Origin: a bacterium | GTDB lineage: Bacteria; Patescibacteriota; Minisyncoccia; Phycocordibacterales; UBA9973 | NCBI GenBank assembly: GCA_021824345.1 | Contig: JAKAKW010000002.1 | Location: forward strand, 86,552-150,551 | DNA length: 64,000 nucleotides | Reading direction: 5' to 3' | Shown: in pieces, positions 19,981-30,996 of the stretch | Numbering within the stretch: the first letter of the stretch is position 1 | How the letters are laid out: each line of letters opens with the position of its first letter | Notes under the pieces: model-generated | Databases searched by the model: none | Told to the model about the DNA's origin: nothing | The model's input: only the letters and a program-made list of their open reading frames with translations | Translations under genes and position numbers: made by a program

Positions 19981-20697
19981 ATGAAAAAATATTTTACCAA
20001 GCGAAATGTTTTGTTTGTCATAATCTTCGCGGTTCTCGGGTTTCTCGCTCTGCAGATTCCGTTTACGGAGCTGGCCGGCTCCGGAGCGAAGTTTACCATT
20101 TACGACGCTTTTGCTCCGATTGCCGGATCTTTCATAGGGGCGGTGCCGGGGCTTATCGCCGTGCTTCTGATGGAACTGGCGAATTTCTTCATGCACGGGG
20201 CGGTAGTTTCGGATGCGGGAACCATTATCCGTTTCCTTCCCATGCTTTTTGCCGTAGCCTATTTCGCCCGCAAAGGAAAATTTAATATCATCATTCCGAT
20301 CATCGCCATAATCGCCTGGAACCTTAACCCGGTCGGCCGAAGCGTTTGGTACTATTCCATGTTTTGGACCATTCCGATTTTTGCATATTTCCTGAGAGAC
20401 AAGTTTCTTCTGGCCCGGTCTTTCGGAGCCACTTTCACCGCTCACGCCGTAGGCGGGGCTCTCTGGATATGGTTCTTCAATCTGCCGGCGGCTGTTTGGA
20501 TTGCTCTCATTCCGGTGACGGCCATAGAGCGCACCATTTTCGCTCTCGGCATATCGGCATCTTTCGTGGTGGTGGGCAATGCTCTTGCGTACCTGGAAAA
20601 GAAGCATATCGTGAATCTCGGATTTCTGGCAGAAAAGAAATATATCCTGCCGTCTCTGCGCTATGAATCAAACGCGCAAAACACAAATAACGCCTAA
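19981..20697 (+). CDS. Polytopic membrane protein, possible ECF S-component-like transporter subunit
   Basis: About 7 hydrophobic segments; first gene of a folate/nucleotide cluster. Confidence 0.55.
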   Translation: MKKYFTKRNVLFVIIFAVLGFLALQIPFTELAGSGAKFTIYDAFAPIAGSFIGAVPGLIAVLLMELANFFMHGAVVSDAGTIIRFLPMLFAVAYFARKGKFNIIIPIIAIIAWNLNPVGRSVWYYSMFWTIPIFAYFLRDKFLLARSFGATFTAHAVGGALWIWFFNLPAAVWIALIPVTAIERTIFALGISASFVVVGNALAYLEKKHIVNLGFLAEKKYILPSLRYESNAQNTNNA

Positions 20698-21208
20698 ATT
20701 CACGGCTTACATGGCCGTGAGTATTGACGGCGTTTTGGCCGAAAACGGGAAAAGCGGGAACCGTTGGACCAGCCGGGAAGACCAGGCTTTTTTTCAAAAA
20801 GCGCTTTCCAAACACGACGGTTTTGCGACCGGATACAATACATTTAAAATCGCCGAAAAGAAGGTGAAGAAAAGGAGGAACGTATTGGTCTTCACTTCCA
20901 AGAAAAGAAATAAAGGAGTTCCGGAATCGGTGACTTTTGCCGACCCGAAGCGTTTCAGTCCGCGCAAATTCTTTACCGGCCGGGGATGCAAAAATGTGGC
21001 CGTGCTCGGAGGGCCCGGGGTGTACGCGTATTTTTTGGAACATGGTCTTTTGGATGAATTGTTCATTACCGTCGAGCCCTATGTATTCACCAAGGGGGTG
21101 CCGATGTTTTTCGGCTCGAAATTCAAAGCGCATTCATTTGTTTTGAAATCCGCCAGACGGTTGAATAAAAACGGGACTTTGCTTTTAAAGTACAAACATG
21201 CAAGTTAA
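20663..21208 (+). CDS. Dihydrofolate reductase/RibD-C family protein
   Basis: MAVSIDG, GYNTF, LGGPGVY, DELFITVEP...G.PMF. Confidence 0.85.
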   Translation: MNQTRKTQITPKFTAYMAVSIDGVLAENGKSGNRWTSREDQAFFQKALSKHDGFATGYNTFKIAEKKVKKRRNVLVFTSKKRNKGVPESVTFADPKRFSPRKFFTGRGCKNVAVLGGPGVYAYFLEHGLLDELFITVEPYVFTKGVPMFFGSKFKAHSFVLKSARRLNKNGTLLLKYKHAS

Positions 21209-21902
21209 AGCCATTAAAACCGCGGTTTTTCGGGAAAATGAGGATTTGATCCGATTTATTTTGCGCTATGTGAAAAAGCTTCCGGAAAAATCCATTTTGG
21301 TTGTGACGTCCAAAATAATCGCTTTGTCCGAAGGCCGGACAGTGGAGCTTAAAGATGAAAAACAAAAGGCCAGGATAATCAAAAAAGAAAGCGAATTTGC
21401 AATAAAAACAAAGAGGGCCTGGCTGACAATCAAAGACGGGGCGGTTATGGCCTCCGCCGGCGTGGATGAATCCAACGCGGCTGGCAAATTGATTCTTCTG
21501 CCGAGGAACAGCTTTGTTTCCGCGGAAATGATCCGCAACGAGCTCATGAAAAAATTCAAAGTGCAAAAGCTCGGAGTGCTTGTGACCGACAGCCGGACTT
21601 TTCCATTGCGCGCCGGCATTGTGGGCATGGCCCTGGGCTACGCGGGGTTCAAAGGAATCCGCGATTACCGCGGAACTGGGGACATCTTCGGCAGGAAATT
21701 AAAAATGTCCAGAACCAACGTTGCCGATTCTCTTGCCGCTGCCGCAGTGCTTTGCATGGGAGAGGGGAAAGAGAGGCAGCCGCTTGCGATACTAGAAGAC
21801 GCTCCGGCGGTTTTCTCTCAAACAATAAATCCGAAAGAAATACTCATAAATCCGAAGATAGATTTGTATTTGCCATTTTTTAGGCGTATATTAAGGAAAT
21901 GA
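21198..21902 (+). CDS. CofE-like (F420-0:gamma-glutamyl ligase family) protein
   Basis: VTSKIIALSEG, AGVDESN, VTDSRTFPLRAG, DIFGR, MGEG.E.QP. Confidence 0.85.
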   Translation: MQVKAIKTAVFRENEDLIRFILRYVKKLPEKSILVVTSKIIALSEGRTVELKDEKQKARIIKKESEFAIKTKRAWLTIKDGAVMASAGVDESNAAGKLILLPRNSFVSAEMIRNELMKKFKVQKLGVLVTDSRTFPLRAGIVGMALGYAGFKGIRDYRGTGDIFGRKLKMSRTNVADSLAAAAVLCMGEGKERQPLAILEDAPAVFSQTINPKEILINPKIDLYLPFFRRILRK

Positions 21903-22381
21903 AAAATGCTAGGCCGTCTTGGGACGAATATTTCTTGGGCATGGCGGATTATGTCGGCAGCCGGGGCACCTGCGATCGCGGGCGGAACGGATGCGTGATC
22001 GTTCGCGACAAAAGAGTGATTTCCACCGGATATGTTGGTTCTCCTCCCGGACTGCCGCATTGCGATGACGTCGGGCATGAAATGCATAAAGTGACAAACG
22101 AGGACGGCACCGATTCCATGCATTGCGTTCGCACGGCGCACGCGGAAATGAACGCCATTGCCCAGGCTGCGCGGTTCGGAGTTTCCGTCGGCGGGGGAAC
22201 CTTATATACCAAGATGACGCCCTGTTACACTTGCGCCAAAGCGATTATCACCGCCGGCATCAAGCGGGTGGTAAGCGAAAAAGATTATCATGCGAGTAAA
22301 AGAAGCAAGGAAATTTTAAAGGAAGCCGGAGTAGAGCTGGACATTATCAATAACGAAGTCGAGAAATACGACAATCAATAA
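21899..22381 (+). CDS. dCMP deaminase family protein
   Basis: RPSWDEYF, HAEMNAI, PCYTC. Confidence 0.93.
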   Translation: MKNARPSWDEYFLGMADYVGSRGTCDRGRNGCVIVRDKRVISTGYVGSPPGLPHCDDVGHEMHKVTNEDGTDSMHCVRTAHAEMNAIAQAARFGVSVGGGTLYTKMTPCYTCAKAIITAGIKRVVSEKDYHASKRSKEILKEAGVELDIINNEVEKYDNQ

Positions 22382-22382
22382 C

Positions 22383-22712
22383 ATGGTTGACCTGAAAAAA
22401 ATGCAGAAGGAAGCGATGGAAAACAAGGTGAAGCATGGCTTCAATACCACGGACATCGCCCTGGAATTCTGCCATGCCCACGAAGAGCTTTCAGAGGCTT
22501 TCCATAAGTTCAACAAAAACGAGGAAGGAGTGGCGGAAGAGCTGGCGGACGTAATGATTTTCCTCCTCGGACTGTGCGAAATACTCGGTTTTGATCTTGA
22601 GAAGGAGGTGGTGGGCAAGATGGAAAAGAACAAAAACAGAGAATACGAAAAGAAGAAATCTCCCGATGGTAAAGATGTGTTTATCCGGATCAGGACGCCG
22701 GAAGATCCTTAG
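22383..22712 (+). CDS. MazG-like NTP pyrophosphohydrolase
   Basis: EELSE...EELADV motif. Confidence 0.8.
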   Translation: MVDLKKMQKEAMENKVKHGFNTTDIALEFCHAHEELSEAFHKFNKNEEGVAEELADVMIFLLGLCEILGFDLEKEVVGKMEKNKNREYEKKKSPDGKDVFIRIRTPEDP

Positions 22713-22750
22713 CACGAAAAAAGGAAGCCTGGCTTCCTTTTTTCGTGCTA
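22710..22750. terminator. Bidirectional terminator between convergent genes
   Basis: TAGCACGAAAAAAGGAAGCC-T-GGCTTCCTTTTTTCGTGCTA perfect inverted repeat. Confidence 0.8.
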
Positions 22751-23230
22751 GCTCCTTTCATATAAGACAAAAGAATACGGATGCGGATTTTCTTCGTCGG
22801 CCGGAAAATCTTCCCGGCTTTTTTCTTTCCATTCGGGGCCGATTTCCGGGAAGTATGTATCCGCGTCCGGAAACTCCGCTTCCACGCGGGTGATGTAAAG
22901 CCTTTCTGCCTTCGGCAGAAACAGCCTATATATCTGTCCTCCGCCGATTACGAAGTTTTCTTCTTTTTTATCCAGTTTTTCCAGCGCTTCTTCGGGAGAG
23001 TAAACAATTTCCGTTCCCGAAGCTTCAAAATTTTTGTCGCGGGTAAGGATGATGTTCCGCCTGTTCGGCAGGGGGCGGCCGAGCGACTCATATGTCTTCT
23101 GTCCCATGATTACCGGGTGTCCGGAAGTGGTTTTGCGGAAATGCTTCATGTCCGCGCTCATATGCCAAAGCAGGGCATTATTCTTCCCAAGCTCGTTATT
23201 CTTCCCAATTGCCGCAATAATTGAAAGCAT
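22748..23230 (-). CDS. folA: Dihydrofolate reductase
   Basis: SIIAAIGKN..LG, MGQKTYES..RPLPNRRN, IGGGQIY, DTYFP. Confidence 0.95.
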   Translation of the reverse strand: MLSIIAAIGKNNELGKNNALLWHMSADMKHFRKTTSGHPVIMGQKTYESLGRPLPNRRNIILTRDKNFEASGTEIVYSPEEALEKLDKKEENFVIGGGQIYRLFLPKAERLYITRVEAEFPDADTYFPEIGPEWKEKSREDFPADEENPHPYSFVLYERS

Positions 23231-23234
23231 GATT

Positions 23235-24107
23235 TTATACCGCAATCTCAAACGGAATGCGGGGATAGCTTTCATAGCCGATCACTTTTGAATCTTCCGC
23301 ATGCCAGTCAAAGATTGATTTCCAGTTTTCAGTTTCAAGCTTTGGCAGGGGATATTTCTTCGGGTCTCGGGAGAGCTGTTCCTTGGCTCCTTCCATGTGG
23401 TTTTCATAAATGTGCACATCTCCAAGAAACCCGACGAGTTTTCCTTCCTTGAATCCTGATTCTTTGGCGAGAAGGTGCAGAAGAAGGGCATAGCTTGCTA
23501 TGTTAAAAGGCAGCCCAAGCATGGTATCCACCGAGCGCTGGTTCCACATAAGGTTCAGCTTGTCGCCTATGGTGGTTACCTGGAAAGAATAGTGGCAGGG
23601 CGGCAGAGCCATCTCGCCAAATTGCTGGGGATTCCAGGCGGAAACTATCATCCTCCGATCTCGCGGATTGGTCTTCAAGGTTTCCACAATTTTTTTCAAC
23701 TGATCCACTCCCTTACCCGTGTAATCTGTATCGTAGCTTTCATACGGAGCGTTGAAATGCCTCCACTGGAATCCGTAAATGGGCCCCAGGTCGCGTTCTT
23801 CCATCATTTTTTTCTTGGACGCTTCGTCGTGCCCGTAGGGCGCTTTCTGCGGTTTGGCCCATTCATCCCAGATGTGATTATTTCGATCACGGAGCCAGTT
23901 CTTGTCCGTGACTCCATTTATAAAAAATTCAAGTTCTGAAGCAATCAGCCGAAACGGCATTTTTTTTGTAGTCAGGAGGGGGTACCCATCCGACATGTCA
24001 TGTTCAAATATCGCCCCGGCCATGGTGTATGCTCGTTCTCCGGTTCTTGTTTCCACTAATTCGCCTTTGTTCAAAACCGTCTTTACTATATCCAAATATG
24101 CTTTCAT
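23235..24107 (-). CDS. thyA: Thymidylate synthase
   Basis: LGPIYGFQWR, MALPPCH, QRSVD..LGLPFN, HIYENH. Confidence 0.97.
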   Translation of the reverse strand: MKAYLDIVKTVLNKGELVETRTGERAYTMAGAIFEHDMSDGYPLLTTKKMPFRLIASELEFFINGVTDKNWLRDRNNHIWDEWAKPQKAPYGHDEASKKKMMEERDLGPIYGFQWRHFNAPYESYDTDYTGKGVDQLKKIVETLKTNPRDRRMIVSAWNPQQFGEMALPPCHYSFQVTTIGDKLNLMWNQRSVDTMLGLPFNIASYALLLHLLAKESGFKEGKLVGFLGDVHIYENHMEGAKEQLSRDPKKYPLPKLETENWKSIFDWHAEDSKVIGYESYPRIPFEIAV

Positions 24108-24309
24108 GTCCTCCATTATAACAGAATCGGAAAAGGCTCTGCTATATTTTTATGTTGACAATATATCATATGTATGATATGCTCTAAGCATCATTCTCAC
24201 GGGCGCCGCGGAAGTGCGGCGCCCGCTATTATTTAACGAGACTGACGCTTGTGGAAATCAACTAAGACTTTCGTGTCGGGTGATTGATATCCATGACACA
24301 AAAGAAAGT

Positions 24310-25632
24310 ATGATAAACAAACGTGGGTTTTCGCGCCCCGCCAGGGCGGGGCGCGGTTCATCTTCCCGTTTTTCAAGGGGAAGCGCCGGGAGCAATGCCG
24401 GCAAGACAGCAGGCGGAGGCAAGCCCTTTCGCCGCTTTGGCAATTCAAATTTTAAGAGAGGAGGCAGGCGCGCTCCGGCCGGAGGCAGGAGGGGATCCGG
24501 AAAACGTTTCGGCGCCGAGCGCATAGACTTTTCCCGTTTCGTAAAAAAGGCCGAATATGCGGAAGAAAAGGCTTATATTCCCGAACATTCGTTCGCTGAT
24601 TTTAATTTTTATGATCAGGTGGAAAAAAATCTGGCAAAAAAAGGATTTTCAGGCCCGAGACCCATACAGGATCAGGCGATACCGAAAGTGCTTGAGGGCA
24701 GAGACGTTTTCGGCTTGGCCAATACAGGCACCGGGAAAACCGCCGCCTTCCTCCTTCCTTTGATAGATAAAATTTTAAAGGGCAAATCCGATGGCCGAAT
24801 GGGATTGAACAAAGTGCTCATAATGGCCCCCACCCGAGAGCTTGCCATGCAGATAGAATCCGATTTCCGCGAGCTGGCCTACGGGCTTGGAATTTTTTCC
24901 GCCGTATGCGTGGGAGGTTTGCCGATAACCAGGCAGATAAGGGAAATAGGCAGAGGGGTTACTTTCATTATAGGAACTCCGGGCCGGCTGAAGGATTTGA
25001 TAAAAAGAAAAAAACTCGATCTATCCAAATGCCAATATGTCGTCTTGGATGAAGCCGACAGGATGCTGGATATGGGATTCCGCCCGGACATGGTTTCCAT
25101 TTTGGGAGGAGTTCCGAAAGAGCGCCAAACTCTTTTCTTTTCCGCCACTCTTTCGCCGGAAATAAAAAAACTGACCGTCGAATTTCTAAGAGATCCGGTT
25201 TCAATTTCAGTGCTTTCCGGCGAAACTGCGAAGAACATAGATCAGGATATAATCCGCGCCAAGACGAAGGAAGAAAAACTGGAGAAGCTCCATGATGTGC
25301 TGAACAAGAAGGGGGCCGACAAGGTACTTATTTTCCGCGAGATGAAGCATAGCGTGGATTCTCTCACCAGAGAGCTGTCGGAAAGAGGGTTCAAAGTCGG
25401 CTGCATTCACGGCAACAAACGGAGCAGGGAACGCATACGCACCCTGGATTTATTCAAGCAGGATCATATTAAAATTCTGATAGCCACGGACGTTGCCGCC
25501 CGGGGTCTGGATATTCCGGACGTCACACATGTCATAAACTACGACATACCGCAGAATTACGAAACGTACATCCACCGTATCGGCCGTACCGGCCGGAGCG
25601 GCAAAAAAGGCATCGCTTTGACATTCATATAA
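24310..25632 (+). CDS. DEAD-box RNA helicase with RG-rich N-terminus
   Basis: TGTGKT, PTRELA, DEAD, SAT, HRIGRTGR. Confidence 0.95.
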   Translation: MINKRGFSRPARAGRGSSSRFSRGSAGSNAGKTAGGGKPFRRFGNSNFKRGGRRAPAGGRRGSGKRFGAERIDFSRFVKKAEYAEEKAYIPEHSFADFNFYDQVEKNLAKKGFSGPRPIQDQAIPKVLEGRDVFGLANTGTGKTAAFLLPLIDKILKGKSDGRMGLNKVLIMAPTRELAMQIESDFRELAYGLGIFSAVCVGGLPITRQIREIGRGVTFIIGTPGRLKDLIKRKKLDLSKCQYVVLDEADRMLDMGFRPDMVSILGGVPKERQTLFFSATLSPEIKKLTVEFLRDPVSISVLSGETAKNIDQDIIRAKTKEEKLEKLHDVLNKKGADKVLIFREMKHSVDSLTRELSERGFKVGCIHGNKRSRERIRTLDLFKQDHIKILIATDVAARGLDIPDVTHVINYDIPQNYETYIHRIGRTGRSGKKGIALTFI

Positions 25633-25673
25633 CAAAAAAGCGGGAGGCAAGGCCTCCCGCTTTTTTGTTATAT
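25627..25673. terminator. Bidirectional terminator
   Basis: ATAACAAAAAAGCGGGAGGC...GCCTCCCGCTTTTTTGTTAT between convergent genes. Confidence 0.85.
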
Positions 25674-25680
25674 ATTTTAT

Positions 25681-25926
25681 TTATTTCACTACTCCCGCCT
25701 TTTTCAGGGTGGAATAGACTCCGTTTTTCTTGATGGTGCGCAGGCCGCGGGCGGAAACGGTGATAATTACCGATTTTTTCAGTTCCGGGACATAAACTTT
25801 CTTTTTTTGCAGATTCAAGTACTTCCTGGCCTTTCCGGTCGGATTGAATTTGGTGGCGCGGGTGCGGTTGGAATATCCGCCGCCCACGAAAGAATTTTTC
25901 TTTGTTATCGCGCAGCTTTTCGCCAT
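25681..25926 (-). CDS. rpmB: 50S ribosomal protein L28
   Basis: MAKSCAITKK...NLQKK...VSARGLRTI. Confidence 0.88.
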   Translation of the reverse strand: MAKSCAITKKNSFVGGGYSNRTRATKFNPTGKARKYLNLQKKKVYVPELKKSVIITVSARGLRTIKKNGVYSTLKKAGVVK

Positions 25927-26009
25927 AGCGGTTTCCATGCTATCATGAAAGAGCGAGGAATGCAATGCGGATCGATTTTCCGCGCTTTTCCGGCAGATTT
26001 TTTAAATCC

Positions 26010-26630
26010 ATGCAAGCAGCCGATACTATATTTTTCATAATCATCCTGATAGTCTCCGTAGTGATTCACGAGATCTCGCACGGCTATGTGGCCGAGCTTT
26101 TCGGCGACGATACGGCCAGGCGGGCCGGCCGGCTTACTCTCAATCCTCTGAAGCACCTGGATATGTTCGGATCAATAATACTGCCATTGCTTCTGGTAAT
26201 TTTACAGTCCCCGTTTCTTCTGGGGTGGGCAAAGCCCGTGCCGTATAATCCGCTGAACTTGTCCAATCGAAAGTGGGGGACCTTCTGGGTATCGGCTGCC
26301 GGAGTGTTGGCGAATTTTTTCATAGCGATATTTTTCGGGATATTGCTCCGGTTTTTGGTGTCGGGCGGAGCGCCGGCTCAAGCTATTTTTATTCTTTCTT
26401 CCATCGTTCTCATGAACCTCGGACTTGGAATTTTCAATCTCATTCCGATTCCGCCCCTGGACGGGTCCAAACTGCTTTTCTCCGTTTTGCCGGACTCCGC
26501 ATATCCGACCTTGGTGTTCTTGGAAAGATATTCGCTGATAATCTTAGTGGCCTTCGTATTTTTGCTGTCCAGCTATCTGTTCCCCGTAATGTCCTATCTT
26601 TACACCCTGATTACCGGCATCGTCCTGTAA
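26010..26630 (+). CDS. Site-2 protease (M50) family protein
   Basis: HEISHG, NLIPIPPLDG. Confidence 0.92.
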   Translation: MQAADTIFFIIILIVSVVIHEISHGYVAELFGDDTARRAGRLTLNPLKHLDMFGSIILPLLLVILQSPFLLGWAKPVPYNPLNLSNRKWGTFWVSAAGVLANFFIAIFFGILLRFLVSGGAPAQAIFILSSIVLMNLGLGIFNLIPIPPLDGSKLLFSVLPDSAYPTLVFLERYSLIILVAFVFLLSSYLFPVMSYLYTLITGIVL

Positions 26631-26698
26631 TATTTGCATTTTCCGCACTGTTATAGTATATTCTAGCGAAGAGTCGTAGGACTCTTTTGTTTTAATTT

Positions 26699-27121
26699 AT
26701 GCCTACCATAAACCAACTGGTAAAAAGAAAAAGAAAGAAAGTGGCAAGCAAGCCCAAAACTGTCGCTTTAGAGCGCGGCTTCAATTTCTTGAAGAACAAG
26801 CCCGTTTTTTATCCTTCTCCGTTCAAGCGGGGAGTCTGCACCAAGGTGACCACTACCACTCCCAAAAAGCCGAACTCCGCCCTGCGAAAGATCGCCAGGG
26901 TTCGCCTGACCAACGGCATGGAAGTGACCGCATATATTCCCGGCGAAGGGCATAACCTGCAGGAACACTCCGTAGTACAGCTCCGCGGAGGGCGCGTAAA
27001 GGACTTGATCGGCGTGCGATATCATATCGTCCGCGGCGTTTTGGACACCCAGGGCGTGGAAAAGCGCCGGCAGAGCCGTTCCCTTTACGGCAACAAGAAG
27101 CCGAAAGAAGCGAAGAAATAA
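26699..27121 (+). CDS. rpsL: 30S ribosomal protein S12
   Basis: [26 protein letters not shown]. Confidence 0.98.
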   Translation: MPTINQLVKRKRKKVASKPKTVALERGFNFLKNKPVFYPSPFKRGVCTKVTTTTPKKPNSALRKIARVRLTNGMEVTAYIPGEGHNLQEHSVVQLRGGRVKDLIGVRYHIVRGVLDTQGVEKRRQSRSLYGNKKPKEAKK

Positions 27122-27136
27122 TTTTCAAAGAATATC

Positions 27137-27607
27137 ATGCGCAGAGCAATCAAGAACAAAAATATCACCCCTCCCGATTTCGTATACAATTCTCCCAAGC
27201 TGGAGAAATTCATAAACTACGTCATGTGGTCCGGGAAGAAAGAAACCGCCCGCGGAGTGGTTTATGACGCTTTTGACATAATCAAAGAAAAAACCGGCAA
27301 TCCGAATCCTCTGGAAGTGTTTGATTTGGCCTTGAAGAACGCCGGTCCCGCTTTGGAAGTGCGTTCCAAGCGAATCGGCGGAGCGAACTACCAGGTGCCG
27401 AGGGAAGTGCGGCCGGAGAGAAAGCTTGCTCTGGCTATGCGCTGGATTCGGGACGCCGCCCGCGGAGGAAAGGGAAAGCCCATGCGGGAAAAGCTGGCGG
27501 AAGAACTGATCGCCGCAAGCAAGAACGAAGGAGCCGCCATCAAGAAGAAAGACGATACTCACCGCATGGCAGAAGCGAACAAAGCTTTCGCCCACTTCGG
27601 CTGGTAA
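27137..27607 (+). CDS. rpsG: 30S ribosomal protein S7
   Basis: [22 protein letters not shown]. Confidence 0.98.
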   Translation: MRRAIKNKNITPPDFVYNSPKLEKFINYVMWSGKKETARGVVYDAFDIIKEKTGNPNPLEVFDLALKNAGPALEVRSKRIGGANYQVPREVRPERKLALAMRWIRDAARGGKGKPMREKLAEELIAASKNEGAAIKKKDDTHRMAEANKAFAHFGW

Positions 27608-27745
27608 TATAGACAACAGAACAGCGGAGGGTTACCCTCCGCCCTGCCTCCGCCCTGTAATGCCAGAGATCCCCGGTTGGGGATTTTTTCGTTTGACAGG
27701 AAAAGAAAAAAGAGTAAGGTGAAAGCGAATAAGCTTGGAGGAAAT

Positions 27746-27985
27746 ATGTTTGTAATAGTTGAAAGCAAAATTCCCGAAGAATTGTTAAATTTTTTACTGC
27801 ATCATCTTGCAAATTTAACAAAAGGGATGACAGCCGTAGATGAAGAAGAGGCTGTCAAAAAAAATATTCCTGGTCTCATTAAGAAATTTGATGAGGAAAA
27901 TGGCACAAATTATTCGAATGATTCTTTGAATCTGCATGCTATCAAAAATGCAGTTTTGAAGAATTTTCACGGGGATCGATTTTGA
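27746..27985 (+). CDS. Small AT-rich hypothetical protein between rpsG and fusA
   Basis: GGAGGA SD before ATG; TTGACA upstream; AT-rich. Confidence 0.6.
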   Translation: MFVIVESKIPEELLNFLLHHLANLTKGMTAVDEEEAVKKNIPGLIKKFDEENGTNYSNDSLNLHAIKNAVLKNFHGDRF

Positions 27986-28137
27986 GTTTACCGAGGCATA
28001 CAAATAAGTCCTCGGTTTTAATTTGCAAAAAAGAGCCATATAATATATATTATAGCCGGCGCACAAGGCGCTTTTTTACTTATAAATTAGATAAGCGCGG
28101 CGAGAGGTAAGGCTTCCCGCCGGCAAAAAGTTTTCAT

Positions 28138-30285
28138 ATGGAAAGAGACTATCCTCTGGAAAAAGTAAGGAATATTGGAATAATCGCGCATATCGACGCG
28201 GGAAAGACCACCACCACGGAGCGGGTGCTTTTCTATACGGGCGTTTCCCATAAAATCGGAGAAGTGCACGAAGGGGACACCGTCACCGACTGGATGGAAC
28301 AGGAGCGCGAGCGCGGAATCACCATTACTTCCGCCGCGGTTACCTGCTTCTGGGTTCCCACTTACACGGGAGGAGATGTTTCCAAAAAGCATCGTTTTAA
28401 TATCATTGACACACCAGGGCACATTGACTTTACCGTGGAGGTGAAGCGGTCTCTGCGCGTTTTGGACGGCGCAGTGGTGGTTTTCGACGGAGTGGCCGGA
28501 GTGGAACCGCAGTCCGAGACCAACTGGCGCTACGCGGACGAGGCCAAAGTTCCGCGCATCTGCTTCATAAACAAACTGGACCGCACCGGCGCTTCTTTTG
28601 AACATTCTTTCTCCACTATTTTGAATCGCCTAACCAAGAAAGCGGTGCGCATGCAGATTCCCATCGGCCTGGAAGACAAGCATGAAGGGGTGGTGGACCT
28701 GCTTAACATGAAGGCATATTACTTTGAGGGGGAAATGGGAAGCGTGGTGCGTGAAGCGGAAATTCCCGAAGAGCTCAAGGCTGAAGCGGAAAAATATCGC
28801 AACGAATTGATTGAGAAAATAGTGGAACAGGACGACACGATAATGAATGAATATCTGGAAGGCATGATGCCGGAAATGCCGACCTTGAAGAAGCTTTTGC
28901 GCAAGGGAGTGATCGCCAATGAAATTTTCCCGGTTTACGCAGGGTCCGCTTTAAAGAACAAAGGCGTACAGCTGGTATTGGATGCAGTCGTAGACTATCT
29001 GCCTTCTCCCTTGGATGTTCCGCCGATTGACGGAGTAAATCCGGAAACCGACGAGCCTGACGTTCGCCATGCTTCCGATTCAGAACCTTTCTCCGCCCTG
29101 GCTTTCAAGGTGGCCACCGACCCGTTCGTGGGCCAGCTCATATTTTTCCGGGTATATTCCGGAACTCTTGCCGCGGGATCGTACGTGTATAATCCGCGCA
29201 CCCGCAACAAAGAACGCATCGGCCGAATCGTACGAATGCACGCCAATGACCGCGAAGAGGTGAAGAAGGTTTACGCCGGAGAAATTGCGGCCGCGGTAGG
29301 CTTGAAAGATACCATCACTTCCGACACTCTTTGCGATGAAGAGCGCCCGATTGCTCTGGACCGAATAGTCTTCCCCGAGCCTGTCATTTCCATGCGCATT
29401 GAACCCAAGACTAAGGCTGACCAGGAAAAAATGGGATTGGCTTTGAACCGATTGGCGCAAGAGGACCCGACTTTCCGGGTGTCCAGCGACAACGAGGCGG
29501 GGGAGACCATTATTTCCGGCATGGGAGAATTGCATTTGGAAATTATCGTAGACCGTTTGAAGCGGGAATTTTCAGTGGAAGCAAATGTGGGCAAGCCGCA
29601 GGTGGCTTACCGCGAGACCATTACCGGGAATTCCGAAGCGGAAGGCAAATACATCAAGCAGTCCGGCGGACGCGGAAACTACGGCCACGTAAGGATAAAG
29701 ATTGCTCCGATGAAGGCGATGACCAAGGAAGAAGAGGAAGACTTACCCAAGAACACCAAGCGCTCAGCCGGATTTGAATTTATAAACAGCATCAAGGGAG
29801 GAGTGATTCCGCAGGAATATATTCCCGCTTGCGAAAAGGGGTTTAGAGAAGGCTTGGACCGCGGAGTATTGGCGGGATTCAAAATGGTAAATGTATCCGT
29901 AGATCTTTGGGACGGATCGTATCACGAAGTGGACTCCAACGAAATGGCATTCAAAATCGCCGCTTCCATGGCTGTGCAAGACGCCTGCAAGCGCGCCAAG
30001 CCTGTGATTCTTGAACCGATGATGAAAGTGGAAGTGGTTACTCCCGACAAGTTCATGGGAGACGTTACCGGCAACCTTTCTTCCAAACGCGGGATCATAG
30101 AAGGCATGGAAGACCGCGGAATGAACAAGGTAATAAACGCGGTAGTGCCTCTTTCCGAAATGTTCGGCTATATGACCAATCTGCGTTCCATGACCGAAGG
30201 ACGCGCTTCCTTTACTATGGAATTCTTGCGCTACGACATCGTGCCCCAGAACGTGGCGGACACTATCATTGCGGACAGAAAATAA
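28138..30285 (+). CDS. fusA: Elongation factor G
   Basis: [26 protein letters not shown]. Confidence 0.99.
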   Translation: MERDYPLEKVRNIGIIAHIDAGKTTTTERVLFYTGVSHKIGEVHEGDTVTDWMEQERERGITITSAAVTCFWVPTYTGGDVSKKHRFNIIDTPGHIDFTVEVKRSLRVLDGAVVVFDGVAGVEPQSETNWRYADEAKVPRICFINKLDRTGASFEHSFSTILNRLTKKAVRMQIPIGLEDKHEGVVDLLNMKAYYFEGEMGSVVREAEIPEELKAEAEKYRNELIEKIVEQDDTIMNEYLEGMMPEMPTLKKLLRKGVIANEIFPVYAGSALKNKGVQLVLDAVVDYLPSPLDVPPIDGVNPETDEPDVRHASDSEPFSALAFKVATDPFVGQLIFFRVYSGTLAAGSYVYNPRTRNKERIGRIVRMHANDREEVKKVYAGEIAAAVGLKDTITSDTLCDEERPIALDRIVFPEPVISMRIEPKTKADQEKMGLALNRLAQEDPTFRVSSDNEAGETIISGMGELHLEIIVDRLKREFSVEANVGKPQVAYRETITGNSEAEGKYIKQSGGRGNYGHVRIKIAPMKAMTKEEEEDLPKNTKRSAGFEFINSIKGGVIPQEYIPACEKGFREGLDRGVLAGFKMVNVSVDLWDGSYHEVDSNEMAFKIAASMAVQDACKRAKPVILEPMMKVEVVTPDKFMGDVTGNLSSKRGIIEGMEDRGMNKVINAVVPLSEMFGYMTNLRSMTEGRASFTMEFLRYDIVPQNVADTIIADRK

Positions 30286-30346
30286 TAAATATGAAAGAGA
30301 AACCCCGGAGTGTTCCTCCGGGGTTTTTTGATGTATACTGCAATAT

Positions 30347-30994
30347 ATGAGCCTAGAAAAGCCGGAAAAACAAACTCCAGAAGAGCAAAATAAAAGGCTG
30401 GAAGAACACAAGGCAAAAATAGTGGAAGAACTGTCTTCCTTTGCGGTAAAGCATGGCAATCCTTTGTATTTTGAGGACTTCGGATCCAGCTCCCTATTTG
30501 CAAATAATCAAGAAATAAAAATCAAAGATGGAGCCCTAAAGGGTCTTGATGAAAATGAAAGGAAAACAGTTGAAAATTTTACGAATATACTCAGTTACTT
30601 CATAGCTTGTCCTATTTTTACAGATGAATTTCATGAGAAGCATAGAAATCTTCAAGATTTATCCGTTTATTGGCGATATAATTGGGAACAAGATAATCTA
30701 TCTGAGTTGGGTAAGGAAGCGAAAACATATTATCATTCCAATCGTCTTTCCGGAGGCAAATGCGTTGGGGCAATAGGCGCGATTTTTATATTAAAGGAAT
30801 TGATATCTGATCCGGAAATAAAAAATAAAATCCCTGATATTTCTGAAAATGTATACAATGCTTTCCTAAAAAGGGACAATGGAGACGAAACAAAAGAATA
30901 TGATAGTTACTCCGATCAAAAGAAAATACAGATTGTACGAGAATTGACAGCCCTGGCTAAAGAGACTCTGGACTCGCTGGTAGAAAAGGATTAA
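30347..30994 (+). CDS. AT-rich hypothetical protein
   Basis: 215-aa ORF with TATACT 7 nt upstream; no motif recognised. Confidence 0.7.
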   Translation: MSLEKPEKQTPEEQNKRLEEHKAKIVEELSSFAVKHGNPLYFEDFGSSSLFANNQEIKIKDGALKGLDENERKTVENFTNILSYFIACPIFTDEFHEKHRNLQDLSVYWRYNWEQDNLSELGKEAKTYYHSNRLSGGKCVGAIGAIFILKELISDPEIKNKIPDISENVYNAFLKRDNGDETKEYDSYSDQKKIQIVRELTALAKETLDSLVEKD

Positions 30995-30996
30995 AT

